A DNA stretch of 64,000 nt, from positions 62,001 through 126,000 of the IMG/VR virus record IMGVR_UViG_3300005289_000016, one strand, 5' to 3'. Position 1 is the first letter of the stretch, and each line of letters begins with the position of its first letter. Positions 52,803 through 62,078 of this stretch are shown here, in pieces. The notes below the pieces were generated by a model that was not told where the DNA came from, did no database searches, and was given only the letters and a program-made list of their open reading frames with translations. The translations under genes were made by a program, and so were the position numbers.

Positions 52803-54198
52803 TATCGACACCGTCATCGCCAAACCGGTCAATGAGCCTGTCAAGGTCCAGCCCAAGGCATACGTCGGTGCTACGGTCGACACGAGCGAGACTACGTTCG
52901 ATCAGCTGACCAGTTACATCGCTGGCCAGTCGTGGCACATCGACTACTTCTGGCTGATCCGTGGTCGCGATGATGACAACCGTCTGCAAGAGCGGGACAC
53001 GCACCCGATCTTCCAACAGTACAAGCTCATCAAGGGCTTCGAACTGAAGGTCACTCAGGCATTGCAACCGTCTCAGGTCGGTGACACCAAAGACATGACC
53101 CTCAAAGGGTCGGCAAACGTCTACGGTGTCCTGATCCCGAAGGAAGGCGACATCTTCCTGGGTGACATCGGCGATGGTCGTGAAGGCATGTTCGGGGTCA
53201 CCTCCTCGAACCGTCTGACGCACTACACCTCGACAGTCCATGAGATCGAGTACAGCCTCATCTCGCCTGTGGACCAAGAGCTGCACGACAAGCTCTACAA
53301 CTTCAGTGCCCAAGAGACCACGATCTTCCACAAGGACTTCTTGGACACTGGCAACGATCCGATGATCTCTGAGGCTCAGACGGAACTCGTCAACAACCTC
53401 AAAGAACATTACGAGCGTTTGATCACGTTGTACTTCCACGACTTCTTCTCCCGTGAGCGTAACTCGCTCCTCGTGCCGAACCAGCGTATCGCCGGAAGGC
53501 CTCGGGTGACGTACGATCCATTCATCGTGCGCTATCTGAAGACCATCCTGACCACGCAAGATCATCCTGCCATCCGCCACATGGTGGAGTTCAACGTGCA
53601 GGGCGATCAGAAGATGTACGAGTTCACCTTCTGGAACTGCTTGGAGACCATGGACCATGCCATGCTGTCGATGAGTGTCCATGAAGCAGGCATCGTTGAC
53701 GTCAAGCAGTTCTACAACCGTCGTCCGACGTTGAACAGCGTGTATTACTCGGGTGTAGAGGCTGTCGTCTACCCTGACATGACTCGGACCGATGTTGACG
53801 GCGGTTACTATGCGTGTAACACCGATCCTGAGTTGGAACGGATCGTACGTGGTTCCGCACGTTTCAGCGACCTGGGCCGACTGGTCAAAGATACGTTGGA
53901 CATGGACCGTTCGTTGGAGATCTACGAAGCCATCTCGCCTGAGCGTACGCCTCAGATCAAGCGGGTGTCTGTCGATGACTACTACGTGCTGAGTAAAGAC
54001 TTCTATCTCCACAAGCCGGACACGAAGTTGAGTAAGCTGGAGACCTTGACCTTGGCAGCCTTGAAAGGGGAAGCCATTGACATCGCCACTCTGGACTACC
54101 TCTGCACCAACGCCATCAAGTGGGACAACGTCGAACGGTTCTATTACTTCCCGATTCTGTTCACGCTGCTGCGCGTGTTCAAAAGGAGATTCAAGTGA
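52774..54198 (+). CDS. Virion structural protein (phiKZ gp99 region)
   Basis: 474 aa; PKEGDIFLGDIGDG; synteny. Confidence 0.6.
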   Translation: MKMPVPVIPNIDTVIAKPVNEPVKVQPKAYVGATVDTSETTFDQLTSYIAGQSWHIDYFWLIRGRDDDNRLQERDTHPIFQQYKLIKGFELKVTQALQPSQVGDTKDMTLKGSANVYGVLIPKEGDIFLGDIGDGREGMFGVTSSNRLTHYTSTVHEIEYSLISPVDQELHDKLYNFSAQETTIFHKDFLDTGNDPMISEAQTELVNNLKEHYERLITLYFHDFFSRERNSLLVPNQRIAGRPRVTYDPFIVRYLKTILTTQDHPAIRHMVEFNVQGDQKMYEFTFWNCLETMDHAMLSMSVHEAGIVDVKQFYNRRPTLNSVYYSGVEAVVYPDMTRTDVDGGYYACNTDPELERIVRGSARFSDLGRLVKDTLDMDRSLEIYEAISPERTPQIKRVSVDDYYVLSKDFYLHKPDTKLSKLETLTLAALKGEAIDIATLDYLCTNAIKWDNVERFYYFPILFTLLRVFKRRFK

Positions 54199-54791
54199 CG
54201 AACAAGACCATGTTTCCCGGTCTGGACTTGACCAACATTGATTCGGTGCGCAAGCACATCTTCAATGCGACCTACCTGTACGCCATTCCCGGCTACTATC
54301 GTTACTCCAAGGAGTACAACGAGAAGGTCGGTCACCTGAGTACCGGGTCGAAGAAAGGCGATGCTGATGCCTTGTCCGAATACGTCAACGTCGGTGGCAC
54401 CATCATCGACATCCTCAAGCTGTACGAGAAGGGTGCCGACATCCTGATGCAGCACCGTGAAGACCTCGTGACCATCTACGAAGTCCTCGTGGCGCACTTG
54501 GGCTTCTGGTCGACGCACATCGACCGTGACCCGAACGTGAAGGATGCTCCGCTTCAGTCGTTGTACTTGATGTCCGACTACTGCAAGACCATCCAGGCGC
54601 AGGTCATGGGCTTCAAGCCTAAGGTGGACGATGTCCCTCAGCTCAAACGCATGTCGTCGTTGTTTGGCGGTATCGTGGGTGCGGAAGAACTGTTCAATCC
54701 ATCGGGTGTCGGCAATGCGGTGCAAGAGACTGCTCCAATCATGAGCCGTATCGAGCGTTTGCTGGCTGAACGTAACCAGAACAAAAAGTAA
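54195..54791 (+). CDS. Conserved hypothetical protein
   Basis: AGGAG RBS before GTG 54195. Confidence 0.65.
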   Translation: MTNKTMFPGLDLTNIDSVRKHIFNATYLYAIPGYYRYSKEYNEKVGHLSTGSKKGDADALSEYVNVGGTIIDILKLYEKGADILMQHREDLVTIYEVLVAHLGFWSTHIDRDPNVKDAPLQSLYLMSDYCKTIQAQVMGFKPKVDDVPQLKRMSSLFGGIVGAEELFNPSGVGNAVQETAPIMSRIERLLAERNQNKK

Positions 54792-54806
54792 TCGCAAGGG
54801 GTTGCC

Positions 54807-56189
54807 ATGGAATTCTCCCAGACGACCCTCAGCGCTGAATACGACCTGATCCGCCGTGATGGGCAAGAAACCTATTACAGCTACGAGGCCACCTTCGTCA
54901 CCGAAAAGGAAGAGATTCCGGTGATGATGGTGGTCAGTAGCGATTTCATCCGTGACTACCGCCATGCGGCAGCCGATGAGATCCTGATCAGTGTCGTAGT
55001 GCCCTGGGGACAATACCTGCACCGCGTTCTCCCGTTCAAGGAGAACCTCAAGATGACAGTGACGCGTACACGAGTCGGCCAACAAGGCGAACCGTCTGCT
55101 GATGCTGTCATGGTGCAGACCTTTACCGCTCACCTGCCCATTGAAGGCGAAACCGCTACAATGGCAGACAGCCCCGAGACGTCCACCGAATACGCGGCAG
55201 ACCTCTCGGGCATGAAAAAGATTCAGGTGCAGTTGCAAGAAGAAGCATTTGCCCTCAGTCGGTCTGAAATGATCGGTGGGGTCTTCCGAGACAGCACGCC
55301 GTTTGATATCCTGATCTCCGTACTCAATCGTTCGATCAAGGAAATGGATCTGGAAGTCGAACAAGCCATCCTTGGTATTGACAGCGTTCCGCCGAACAAC
55401 ACGACCAAGCGCAGCACCACGTTGATCCAGCATGGTACGCCGCTTGTATCGCTCGCTGAGAAGCTTCAGAAGCAGTTCGGTGGTATCTATACCTCGGGCA
55501 TCGGTTGCTACCTCCAGAAGGGCTTCTGGCACGTCTGGCCGCTGTACAACTACAAGCGGTACGATGAAGCCGAGTACACCGCATTGTTCGTTCTCGCTCC
55601 CTCTCAGCAGTATCGGGGCGTGGAGAAGACATGGCGCATGGTCGACAAGCATCTGACGGTGTTTGTTACCGGCGGGGTGCAGCGTCAAGACCCGTCTGAG
55701 CTGCGTTTGCTCAACGAAGGTAACGGCGCGCGGTTTGCCAACACCGATGCCATGATGGAAGGGTTCTTTGAGGTCAGTAACAACAAGGCCGTGGCAAAAA
55801 GAACAAACAATGCAAATGAGTACGAGGCAGTCAATCGAAAAGCTAACCCAATGTCCCGTGTAAGCGGTGATATGATGTCCTCCAACGCATTCAACGAAGC
55901 AAGCAAGATCGCTGAACGCAATGGTGCATTCCTGACTATGAACTGGGAGAACAGTAACCCAGACGTCATTAAGCCAGGGCTGCAAAGTGAGATCGGCTTT
56001 ATCGTGAACGGCACTCCAGCGTTTGTGAATGCAGTAGTCGTGCATGCACACTCGTACTCAGCAGTAGCAGGGACAGGGCTGCACCAGAAGATCCATCAGA
56101 TCACCACCGAGGTGGTCGTGATGGTCGACAGGACTAACCCGGCCTACCAACAATACCTGGATTCGGCAAGCGATTCGACGCAATCGTAG
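54807..56189 (+). CDS. Virion structural protein, possibly baseplate-hub-like (phiKZ gp101 region)
   Basis: 460 aa; GGIYTSGIGCYLQ and WENSNPDVIKPG; synteny. Confidence 0.55.
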   Translation: MEFSQTTLSAEYDLIRRDGQETYYSYEATFVTEKEEIPVMMVVSSDFIRDYRHAAADEILISVVVPWGQYLHRVLPFKENLKMTVTRTRVGQQGEPSADAVMVQTFTAHLPIEGETATMADSPETSTEYAADLSGMKKIQVQLQEEAFALSRSEMIGGVFRDSTPFDILISVLNRSIKEMDLEVEQAILGIDSVPPNNTTKRSTTLIQHGTPLVSLAEKLQKQFGGIYTSGIGCYLQKGFWHVWPLYNYKRYDEAEYTALFVLAPSQQYRGVEKTWRMVDKHLTVFVTGGVQRQDPSELRLLNEGNGARFANTDAMMEGFFEVSNNKAVAKRTNNANEYEAVNRKANPMSRVSGDMMSSNAFNEASKIAERNGAFLTMNWENSNPDVIKPGLQSEIGFIVNGTPAFVNAVVVHAHSYSAVAGTGLHQKIHQITTEVVVMVDRTNPAYQQYLDSASDSTQS

Positions 56190-56200
56190 CCGTACATTAT
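56174..56200 (+). promoter_or_regulatory. Putative phage early promoter TTCGA-N14-TACATTAT
   Basis: Exact consensus copy at the start of the downstream accessory cluster. Confidence 0.65.
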
Positions 56201-56234
56201 TCAGGCGTAGTAACTCAACCTGAGGTCCACAGCT

Positions 56235-56942
56235 ATGCAGGAAAATCATACGCTGGGGAGGATTGTCGTCAGGGCAGGAGAAATACTCACCTTCACATTC
56301 GACGAATCTGTTTCTGGACATAAACGTCACCTCACAGTCGTGGCCATCGCTGACATCGAATTGAGTCGAGAGATGGCCCTGTTCTGTGAAGCGACTGATA
56401 GGTCGGGCAAGGACATCTACACGGAGAATGCTCTTCCAGAGTTTCTCCAGTCCTTGTCAGAGAAGCAGTTGATTCACGTCGGGAAAGAGATCAGCGTGCA
56501 CTTTGGCGATAGAGGTCGTCCTGCTGCACGTCTGATGAACGAGTATCGGTTCCGGATCAATCCTGAGTCTTACTGGGAGGACAAGCTAGTCAATCGCTAC
56601 ACGACTGGCTCGTTCACGGTCTTTAACCACCAACACCACTGTTTGACAGTGATGCAGGGCACAGACGCACCGTTCACTGCCCACGCTGTTATTGTGGATA
56701 TGCAAGGGGAGTATTTAGGGCACCTTCGGTTGTCCGTTCTGCCAGATCAACGACATTCTTTCATCAGTGACGAAGACATCGAACGAATCCGTCTAGCCCT
56801 ACAGGCTGACATAACCCTCAACGTTGAAGAGATCAGCGTCATGGTGGAACGAGTCACAGTGACATCCAACCCTGACTTTGGTCAAAATGTATTCAAGAAG
56901 CACTCCGCTCCACTCAAACATTCCTCAGAGAAAACAACTTAA
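56235..56942 (+). CDS. Hypothetical protein
   Basis: GAGG RBS; 235 aa. Confidence 0.6.
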   Translation: MQENHTLGRIVVRAGEILTFTFDESVSGHKRHLTVVAIADIELSREMALFCEATDRSGKDIYTENALPEFLQSLSEKQLIHVGKEISVHFGDRGRPAARLMNEYRFRINPESYWEDKLVNRYTTGSFTVFNHQHHCLTVMQGTDAPFTAHAVIVDMQGEYLGHLRLSVLPDQRHSFISDEDIERIRLALQADITLNVEEISVMVERVTVTSNPDFGQNVFKKHSAPLKHSSEKTT

Positions 56943-56955
56943 AGGTACCCTTGTA

Positions 56956-57279
56956 ATGGCTCAACAAAACTCGTGGAAAGGTTCTCGCCCATCCGCTACT
57001 GTGGATCGTCGTCCTAAGCCCGTCGGCAACTCCCTGAGCAGCCTCGAAGCTCTGCGTGACCTCACCGTCCCAGAGCGTAAGCCTCAGGTCCAGCCGGCTC
57101 CGCTGAAGTTCGAAGGGGCGTTGAATGCTTGGTACAAGACTGTGCGCAACGGTGTCACGTCGAAGATCTTCCTGGTCGAAATCCGTAAGGACGTCGCCCT
57201 GTTCAAGGACAAGGAAGAAGACAAACACACCCAAAGCCTGTCGCTGGCCAAATTCATGAAGTTCTACGTGGCAGCCTGA
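56956..57279 (+). CDS. Hypothetical protein
   Basis: AAGG RBS before ATG 56956; ends at a hairpin. Confidence 0.65.
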   Translation: MAQQNSWKGSRPSATVDRRPKPVGNSLSSLEALRDLTVPERKPQVQPAPLKFEGALNAWYKTVRNGVTSKIFLVEIRKDVALFKDKEEDKHTQSLSLAKFMKFYVAA

Positions 57280-57284
57280 CATAC

Positions 57285-57306
57285 AGGGAGGGCTTCGGCC
57301 CTCCCT
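57285..57306. terminator. Hairpin flanked by CATA and TATGCCC
   Basis: AGGGAGGGC-TTCG-GCCCTCCCT. Confidence 0.7.
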
Positions 57307-57366
57307 TATGCCCGTTAGAACAAGTTAAAACATACAAACTCGATAGATGGTTTGTATGTAAGGAGT

Positions 57367-57552
57367 ATGCAAATGAAACCTGTACCGATCAGCGAGACTT
57401 TGGAGTTCGACTCTCGTGATGATCTTGAAAAGGCTTACTTCCAAGGTAAGCTGCACCGTGGTCAAAGCTACCACGTCAAGAACAAGAACGCCACCTATCG
57501 CCTTAGCGTCTGTCGCAAAGGCTTTATCGAAATGAACAACACTCAGAGGTAA
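57367..57552 (+). CDS. Small hypothetical protein
   Basis: AAGGAG RBS. Confidence 0.6.
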   Translation: MQMKPVPISETLEFDSRDDLEKAYFQGKLHRGQSYHVKNKNATYRLSVCRKGFIEMNNTQR

Positions 57553-57554
57553 GT

Positions 57555-57899
57555 ATGGACCACATCTTCATCTGGTGGTTGGACAAATGGCATCTGATGG
57601 CAACCGAGATGGTGCTTGAAGAAGCCGAAGCGGCAAATGTCAACACGCCTGTCCTGCCCGGCCATATCCAGATGGCGTTGCGGCAGGCTAAAGGCCACTA
57701 CTACGGTGGCCAGCTCTATCCTCCCGTCACCCTGAGTATCATCGACCGGGATCACTTGAACTTCGTTGAGCATGAAGCGACTTTGGTTGCCATTCTGTCC
57801 AACGGTTGGTTCGGTATCCCGTTCGAAGAAGTACACCTACCTACGATGCGCCAGTACCCGGGCATCCTCACCACTTTCGGCCTAAAGGCGATCAAATAA
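57555..57899 (+). CDS. Hypothetical protein
   Basis: GAGG RBS; operon-coupled. Confidence 0.6.
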   Translation: MDHIFIWWLDKWHLMATEMVLEEAEAANVNTPVLPGHIQMALRQAKGHYYGGQLYPPVTLSIIDRDHLNFVEHEATLVAILSNGWFGIPFEEVHLPTMRQYPGILTTFGLKAIK

Positions 57900-58510
57900 T
57901 GCGCTTTCTCGACTTCCTCGTAAACACTGACAAACAACGTACCCTCAACGCACCTCAGGCTGTGGAAACCGGCCTGCTCCGTGCCAACATCACCGCACAG
58001 ACTGCCCAGCAGATCAAGGCCCGTTACGACGTCTTGTTCACCCCGGGCAACAGCTTCGGCCACATGACCGGTGGCTTCGATCTGGCAGTGGTAGATGTCT
58101 TCGGTCGTGAAGTGCAGACCAAAGTGCTGCGCGCTATCCGTGAGAAGTACTCCGGCATGATGCCTGTCGGTTACGCTGAAGTTGTCGTGGTCGATGACAA
58201 GGCTGTGGTCTACGTGCCCACCATGTTCGCCCCGACCTCCAACGTCGATCCGATTGCCCCGTACATGGCGATGCACATCGCGCTGCGTGCCTTGGCTGAG
58301 TACGAAGAAGAGAACGACGCGTACTTCGACCGTGCGCTGGTTCCGCTGTTCTGCACCGGGACTGCGAACATCCCTCATGAAGTGGCACTGTTCCAGCAGA
58401 ACGAAGCCCTTGTGGAATTCCAACGTGCCCGTCACCAGGAAGACCTCGGCTGCGTGCATCTGTTCGACGACGGCATGGCGCGCTACAACGCTCTGATCCA
58501 ACCACGCTAA
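57899..58510 (+). CDS. Macrodomain (ADP-ribose-binding/hydrolase) protein
   Basis: TPGNSFGHMTGGFDLAV, YVPTM, PLFCTGTA; TAATG coupling gives the start at 57899. Confidence 0.8.
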   Translation: MRFLDFLVNTDKQRTLNAPQAVETGLLRANITAQTAQQIKARYDVLFTPGNSFGHMTGGFDLAVVDVFGREVQTKVLRAIREKYSGMMPVGYAEVVVVDDKAVVYVPTMFAPTSNVDPIAPYMAMHIALRALAEYEEENDAYFDRALVPLFCTGTANIPHEVALFQQNEALVEFQRARHQEDLGCVHLFDDGMARYNALIQPR

Positions 58511-58518
58511 GGACAGCT

Positions 58519-58839
58519 ATGACAGCGCCTCTTAACCTCTCGGACTTCTGGGGTCCGTACACCGCTACCATTTGTGAGCTGTTCAATTGGTTGGGTGGTG
58601 GCGGTGTTCTTGTATTCGGCGTCATCATGTTGATGTTCATCCCATCGGCAATTGACGACGATGAGCATCACAGCTACTGCACTCGGTTCTGCAAGCCGTA
58701 CAAGATGAGTATTTGGCGCAAGTTCGGTATCTGGGCTGGCTATGCTTGTGGTGGCTGTGCAGCTATCTGGGCGCTGTACTTTATTGCGGCGATGTTGACG
58801 CATGCGTTTCTGATCATCAAGTTCATTGTTTGGGGGTAG
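58519..58839 (+). CDS. Small membrane protein, 2 predicted TM segments
   Basis: Two hydrophobic stretches; AAGGA RBS. Confidence 0.65.
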   Translation: MTAPLNLSDFWGPYTATICELFNWLGGGGVLVFGVIMLMFIPSAIDDDEHHSYCTRFCKPYKMSIWRKFGIWAGYACGGCAAIWALYFIAAMLTHAFLIIKFIVWG

Positions 58840-58841
58840 GG

Positions 58842-59486
58842 ATGGATTTCTGGAAGGCGATCGGATGGAACTGGCGTTTCACTTGGTGCGGTGTAGGTAG
58901 CCGCAATGACTTACCTGCCGAGTGGGAGCCATTACTGCGCTGGGTTGGGCAGTGTATGGCCATGCTGGGCGGTGTGTTGTGTACAGGTGATGCTCCGGGT
59001 TCTGACACCGTCTTCTGGGAAGGCTACGAGCTCGGTAAAGGTCCCATGATGCCTCCGGCTCAGATCTACTACACCAAACTCAAGAACATGCGGAACCTGA
59101 AACAGGATCACCTGAAGGGACACCATGAAGCGGAGTGGTACGGTACGTACGATGAAGCCCAAGCAATGGCCTTCAAAGCGCGTGGGAGCTTCAATGGCCT
59201 GTTCCCCTCTGGGATAGCCCTGCATACTCGCAATGCCTTTCAGGTGTTGTCTGAGGACCTCGATAAGCCACGGTGGATCACGGTCTTCTGGGCTGTACCA
59301 ACCGGCAAGAAAGGTCTCGTGAAGGGCGGCACCAACACCGCAGTACAATTGTCCATCATGAACCACATCCCGATTGTGAACCTCTACGTAGAGGAACAGC
59401 GGACTCAGTTCATCGAGTGGATCAAAGCACAAATGACTAAGCAGGGTCTTGAGATCCCGCCTTTAGAACTACCCGTAGCGGCTTAA
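58842..59486 (+). CDS. SLOG/DprA-like (Rossmann) protein
   Basis: CGVGSR, CTGDAPGSD, HTRNAFQV, KGGTNTAV. Confidence 0.7.
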   Translation: MDFWKAIGWNWRFTWCGVGSRNDLPAEWEPLLRWVGQCMAMLGGVLCTGDAPGSDTVFWEGYELGKGPMMPPAQIYYTKLKNMRNLKQDHLKGHHEAEWYGTYDEAQAMAFKARGSFNGLFPSGIALHTRNAFQVLSEDLDKPRWITVFWAVPTGKKGLVKGGTNTAVQLSIMNHIPIVNLYVEEQRTQFIEWIKAQMTKQGLEIPPLELPVAA

Positions 59487-59511
59487 ATGCCGCATCACCA
59501 AGGAATTCACC

Positions 59512-59991
59512 ATGGCCACTGTCAAGCTGACTCAGACAATCACAACCACCGTCCACATGAGCAAGGTAACCATCGGTCCCCAGTCATCGGTCAAGACATT
59601 CTTTGAATCCAAGGACGACGAGTTGGTCTTGTCCTCATGGAGCCTGGACGTCGATCTGGAAAAGAACGATTACTGGAACCTGTACGACGAGCGCGACAAC
59701 CGTCGCTATCTCGTTGAGTTCCCTAAGGGGACTTTCAAAGGCAACCCGCAATTGGTCACCAGTGCGTTGCTCAAGGAGTATGTTGAGTGGAAGAGTCTGG
59801 TCTTCGGCGAATGGTACAACAAGTTCCACGGGAAGGTTGTCCAGATCCTCAATAACACCTTGACTCACCATACTGACGTGGAACCTATTCCGGATAGAGA
59901 CCGTATCTATTACTGGACTCGACCTGGTAATGATCGTGTGTTTAACCGCAGGGCAGTCAAGAAACATAAACGATACACCACGACCATCTAG
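59512..59991 (+). CDS. Hypothetical protein
   Basis: AAGGA RBS. Confidence 0.6.
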   Translation: MATVKLTQTITTTVHMSKVTIGPQSSVKTFFESKDDELVLSSWSLDVDLEKNDYWNLYDERDNRRYLVEFPKGTFKGNPQLVTSALLKEYVEWKSLVFGEWYNKFHGKVVQILNNTLTHHTDVEPIPDRDRIYYWTRPGNDRVFNRRAVKKHKRYTTTI

Positions 59992-60001
59992 GAGATCTGC
60001 C

Positions 60002-60136
60002 ATGGAACCTAAATACAAACTGACTGACATGCACGGTTGCAGAGGGGTTCTTGTCGAGGTCAAAGAACCCGTCCGTGTAAAAGGCTTCACCTTCGCCCAG
60101 TTGTTCAACCTCGCCCACTACAACACCAGGAGCTAA
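60002..60136 (+). CDS. 44-aa hypothetical protein
   Basis: AGGAG RBS; fills the gap before tmk. Confidence 0.5.
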   Translation: MEPKYKLTDMHGCRGVLVEVKEPVRVKGFTFAQLFNLAHYNTRS

Positions 60137-60137
60137 C

Positions 60138-60818
60138 ATGCTGTTACCGCACCACAAGGGCTTCTTGCTCGCAATCGAAGGACCAGATGGGGCTGGCAAG
60201 ACCACCCTGCGTGAATGGCTGAAAGAGTGGTTCCTGACCCACAGCATCACCCCAATCATCACCCGTGAGCCAGGCGGTACTCCGGAAGCTGAGATGATCC
60301 GTCAGGACATCCTGCGCAAACGTAAGATCCATGAAGAACCTGTCTGCGCCCTGACTCAGACGCTCAAGTTCATGGCTGCTCGTGCTCAGCACATTGAGAC
60401 GCTCATCAAGCCTCGTTTGGCAAACGGTGAGCTGATCATCACGGATCGGTTCTGTGACAGTACGTTTGCCTACCAGACTCAAGAGGGCGTCCCTACCAGC
60501 AAGCTGCGTGTGCTGCACGACGTGGCGTTCGATAACTTCAAGCCGGATTTGACGATCCTACTCGATGGCAATCCTGAAGTATTCCGTGAGCGTATGGCAG
60601 AACGAGGCGAAGATGCCTTGAACTTCTACGACCTCAAGCCGATCGAGTTCCATCACGCTACGCGCAAGGTATACAACGAATGTGCGTGGATGGATGCCAA
60701 CCGTTACGCGGTCATCGACGCTGAGCAGAACTTCGAACAGGTGCAGGCTCAGTTGATCCCGTACCTGATGCAGATCGACGCGCACATGCGCAAGCGTCCT
60801 GTTAACGCAACTGCATAA
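60138..60818 (+). CDS. tmk: Thymidylate kinase
   Basis: IEGPDGAGKTT, TREPGG, DRFCDSTFAYQ. Confidence 0.95.
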   Translation: MLLPHHKGFLLAIEGPDGAGKTTLREWLKEWFLTHSITPIITREPGGTPEAEMIRQDILRKRKIHEEPVCALTQTLKFMAARAQHIETLIKPRLANGELIITDRFCDSTFAYQTQEGVPTSKLRVLHDVAFDNFKPDLTILLDGNPEVFRERMAERGEDALNFYDLKPIEFHHATRKVYNECAWMDANRYAVIDAEQNFEQVQAQLIPYLMQIDAHMRKRPVNATA

Positions 60819-60825
60819 CCCCGCG

Positions 60826-60847
60826 AGTGGTGGCTTCGGCCACCGCT
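60826..60847 (+). terminator. Hairpin followed by TATGCCC
   Basis: AGTGGTGGC-TTCG-GCCACCGCT, TATG at 60849. Confidence 0.65.
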
Positions 60848-60867
60848 TTATGCCCGAGGAGGGTAGC

Positions 60868-61182
60868 ATGACCATCATCATGACCACTATCTTGGCTGGT
60901 GAAGAAGAGCCGATGCAACCTGTCGGGGTTGACCCACATGGCGTACACCGTTTCCTTGAGAACCGTATCGTTCGTGATCTTCTTGATAAGAGCAGTCAAG
61001 TGGGCTTCTCTTTGAACGAAATCGCGGTGGGTAACTACAGCCAAGCGGAACGCCGTCAAGTAGCCCAGCTCATTGGCTACAGTGTCAGCGGCTACTCCGA
61101 TCTGTCGTACGTGGATGACGATTCATACTTCCGTGCGACCGAACGGTCAGAGGCATTGCTGGAAGATTCAAACGAGTCCTGA
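60868..61182 (+). CDS. Hypothetical phage protein
   Basis: GAGGAGG RBS; QVAQLIGYSVSGYSDLSYV, a motif I recall from phage hypotheticals. Confidence 0.65.
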   Translation: MTIIMTTILAGEEEPMQPVGVDPHGVHRFLENRIVRDLLDKSSQVGFSLNEIAVGNYSQAERRQVAQLIGYSVSGYSDLSYVDDDSYFRATERSEALLEDSNES

Positions 61183-61217
61183 GCCTACATTACAAGAGTA
61201 CATACACCTAGGAGACA

Positions 61218-61619
61218 ATGATGTCGAACACCAACGCAAAGAAGCTGGCTGACGCAGTTAAAGCTGTCGAAGTCAACATCAACACCATCGAAGAACTCGT
61301 AGCCCAATCCTTCGCCAACGCCGACTTTAACTTCGTCGATCAGTTCCGCGGTGCGCGTGGTGCAACGCTGGAAGAGTCCGGCCTCATCATGAAGATGCTG
61401 GTTGGCAAGATGCAGGACAAGTTGGGCACCCTGGCCAACGTGCTGTATATCCGCGAGCTGGAATCTACTCGTGGCTACACAGATCCGTGGCGTGAAGCCG
61501 CAACTGAAGGTCGTCGTGTTGAGGCCATCGCTCTGTTGCGTAAGTTCGCCCAGTCGCGTGCCTTTGACATCTCGGAAGCTCGGGATGTCGTTGACGCATT
61601 CCTCAAACACCCGTTCTAG
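61218..61619 (+). CDS. Hypothetical protein
   Basis: AGGAG RBS. Confidence 0.65.
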   Translation: MMSNTNAKKLADAVKAVEVNINTIEELVAQSFANADFNFVDQFRGARGATLEESGLIMKMLVGKMQDKLGTLANVLYIRELESTRGYTDPWREAATEGRRVEAIALLRKFAQSRAFDISEARDVVDAFLKHPF

Positions 61620-61627
61620 GAGGCGGT

Positions 61628-62068
61628 ATGGTTCAGCAAGATCAGTACCCTGTGCTCGTCGCCGAGGCCATCGAGCAACTGAAAACAGAAGATAAATTTG
61701 GAATGAGTCTCCTGAACATCAGTAACCCGAAGGGTGGCTACTTGGAGATTGCAATCACCAAGGAACGTCATCGAATGGAAGGCTGGCATGCCGTGTTTCA
61801 TGGCGGACCAGATCCTCGCTACTGTGACAGTACCCTTGAAGAGGTAGCTGCATCGTTTGATTCTGTCCGGTTCGACACGAAGAACCTGATGGCAGTCGAG
61901 CAGTTCACCACGCTCATGGGTAACAACTTCCACGTCAAGAAGTTTGTGGACGTAGAACATCAGTTCATCGGAATGAGCGATGATCGTCTCGTGCTCTTCC
62001 ACATCAGCAATGATTGGGGTCACGTACGTGACACTGTCGGTCAACACGTAAGCTTAGCCATTAACTAA
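61628..62068 (+). CDS. Hypothetical protein
   Basis: GGAGG RBS. Confidence 0.65.
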   Translation: MVQQDQYPVLVAEAIEQLKTEDKFGMSLLNISNPKGGYLEIAITKERHRMEGWHAVFHGGPDPRYCDSTLEEVAASFDSVRFDTKNLMAVEQFTTLMGNNFHVKKFVDVEHQFIGMSDDRLVLFHISNDWGHVRDTVGQHVSLAIN

Positions 62069-62078
62069 GGGAATCATC

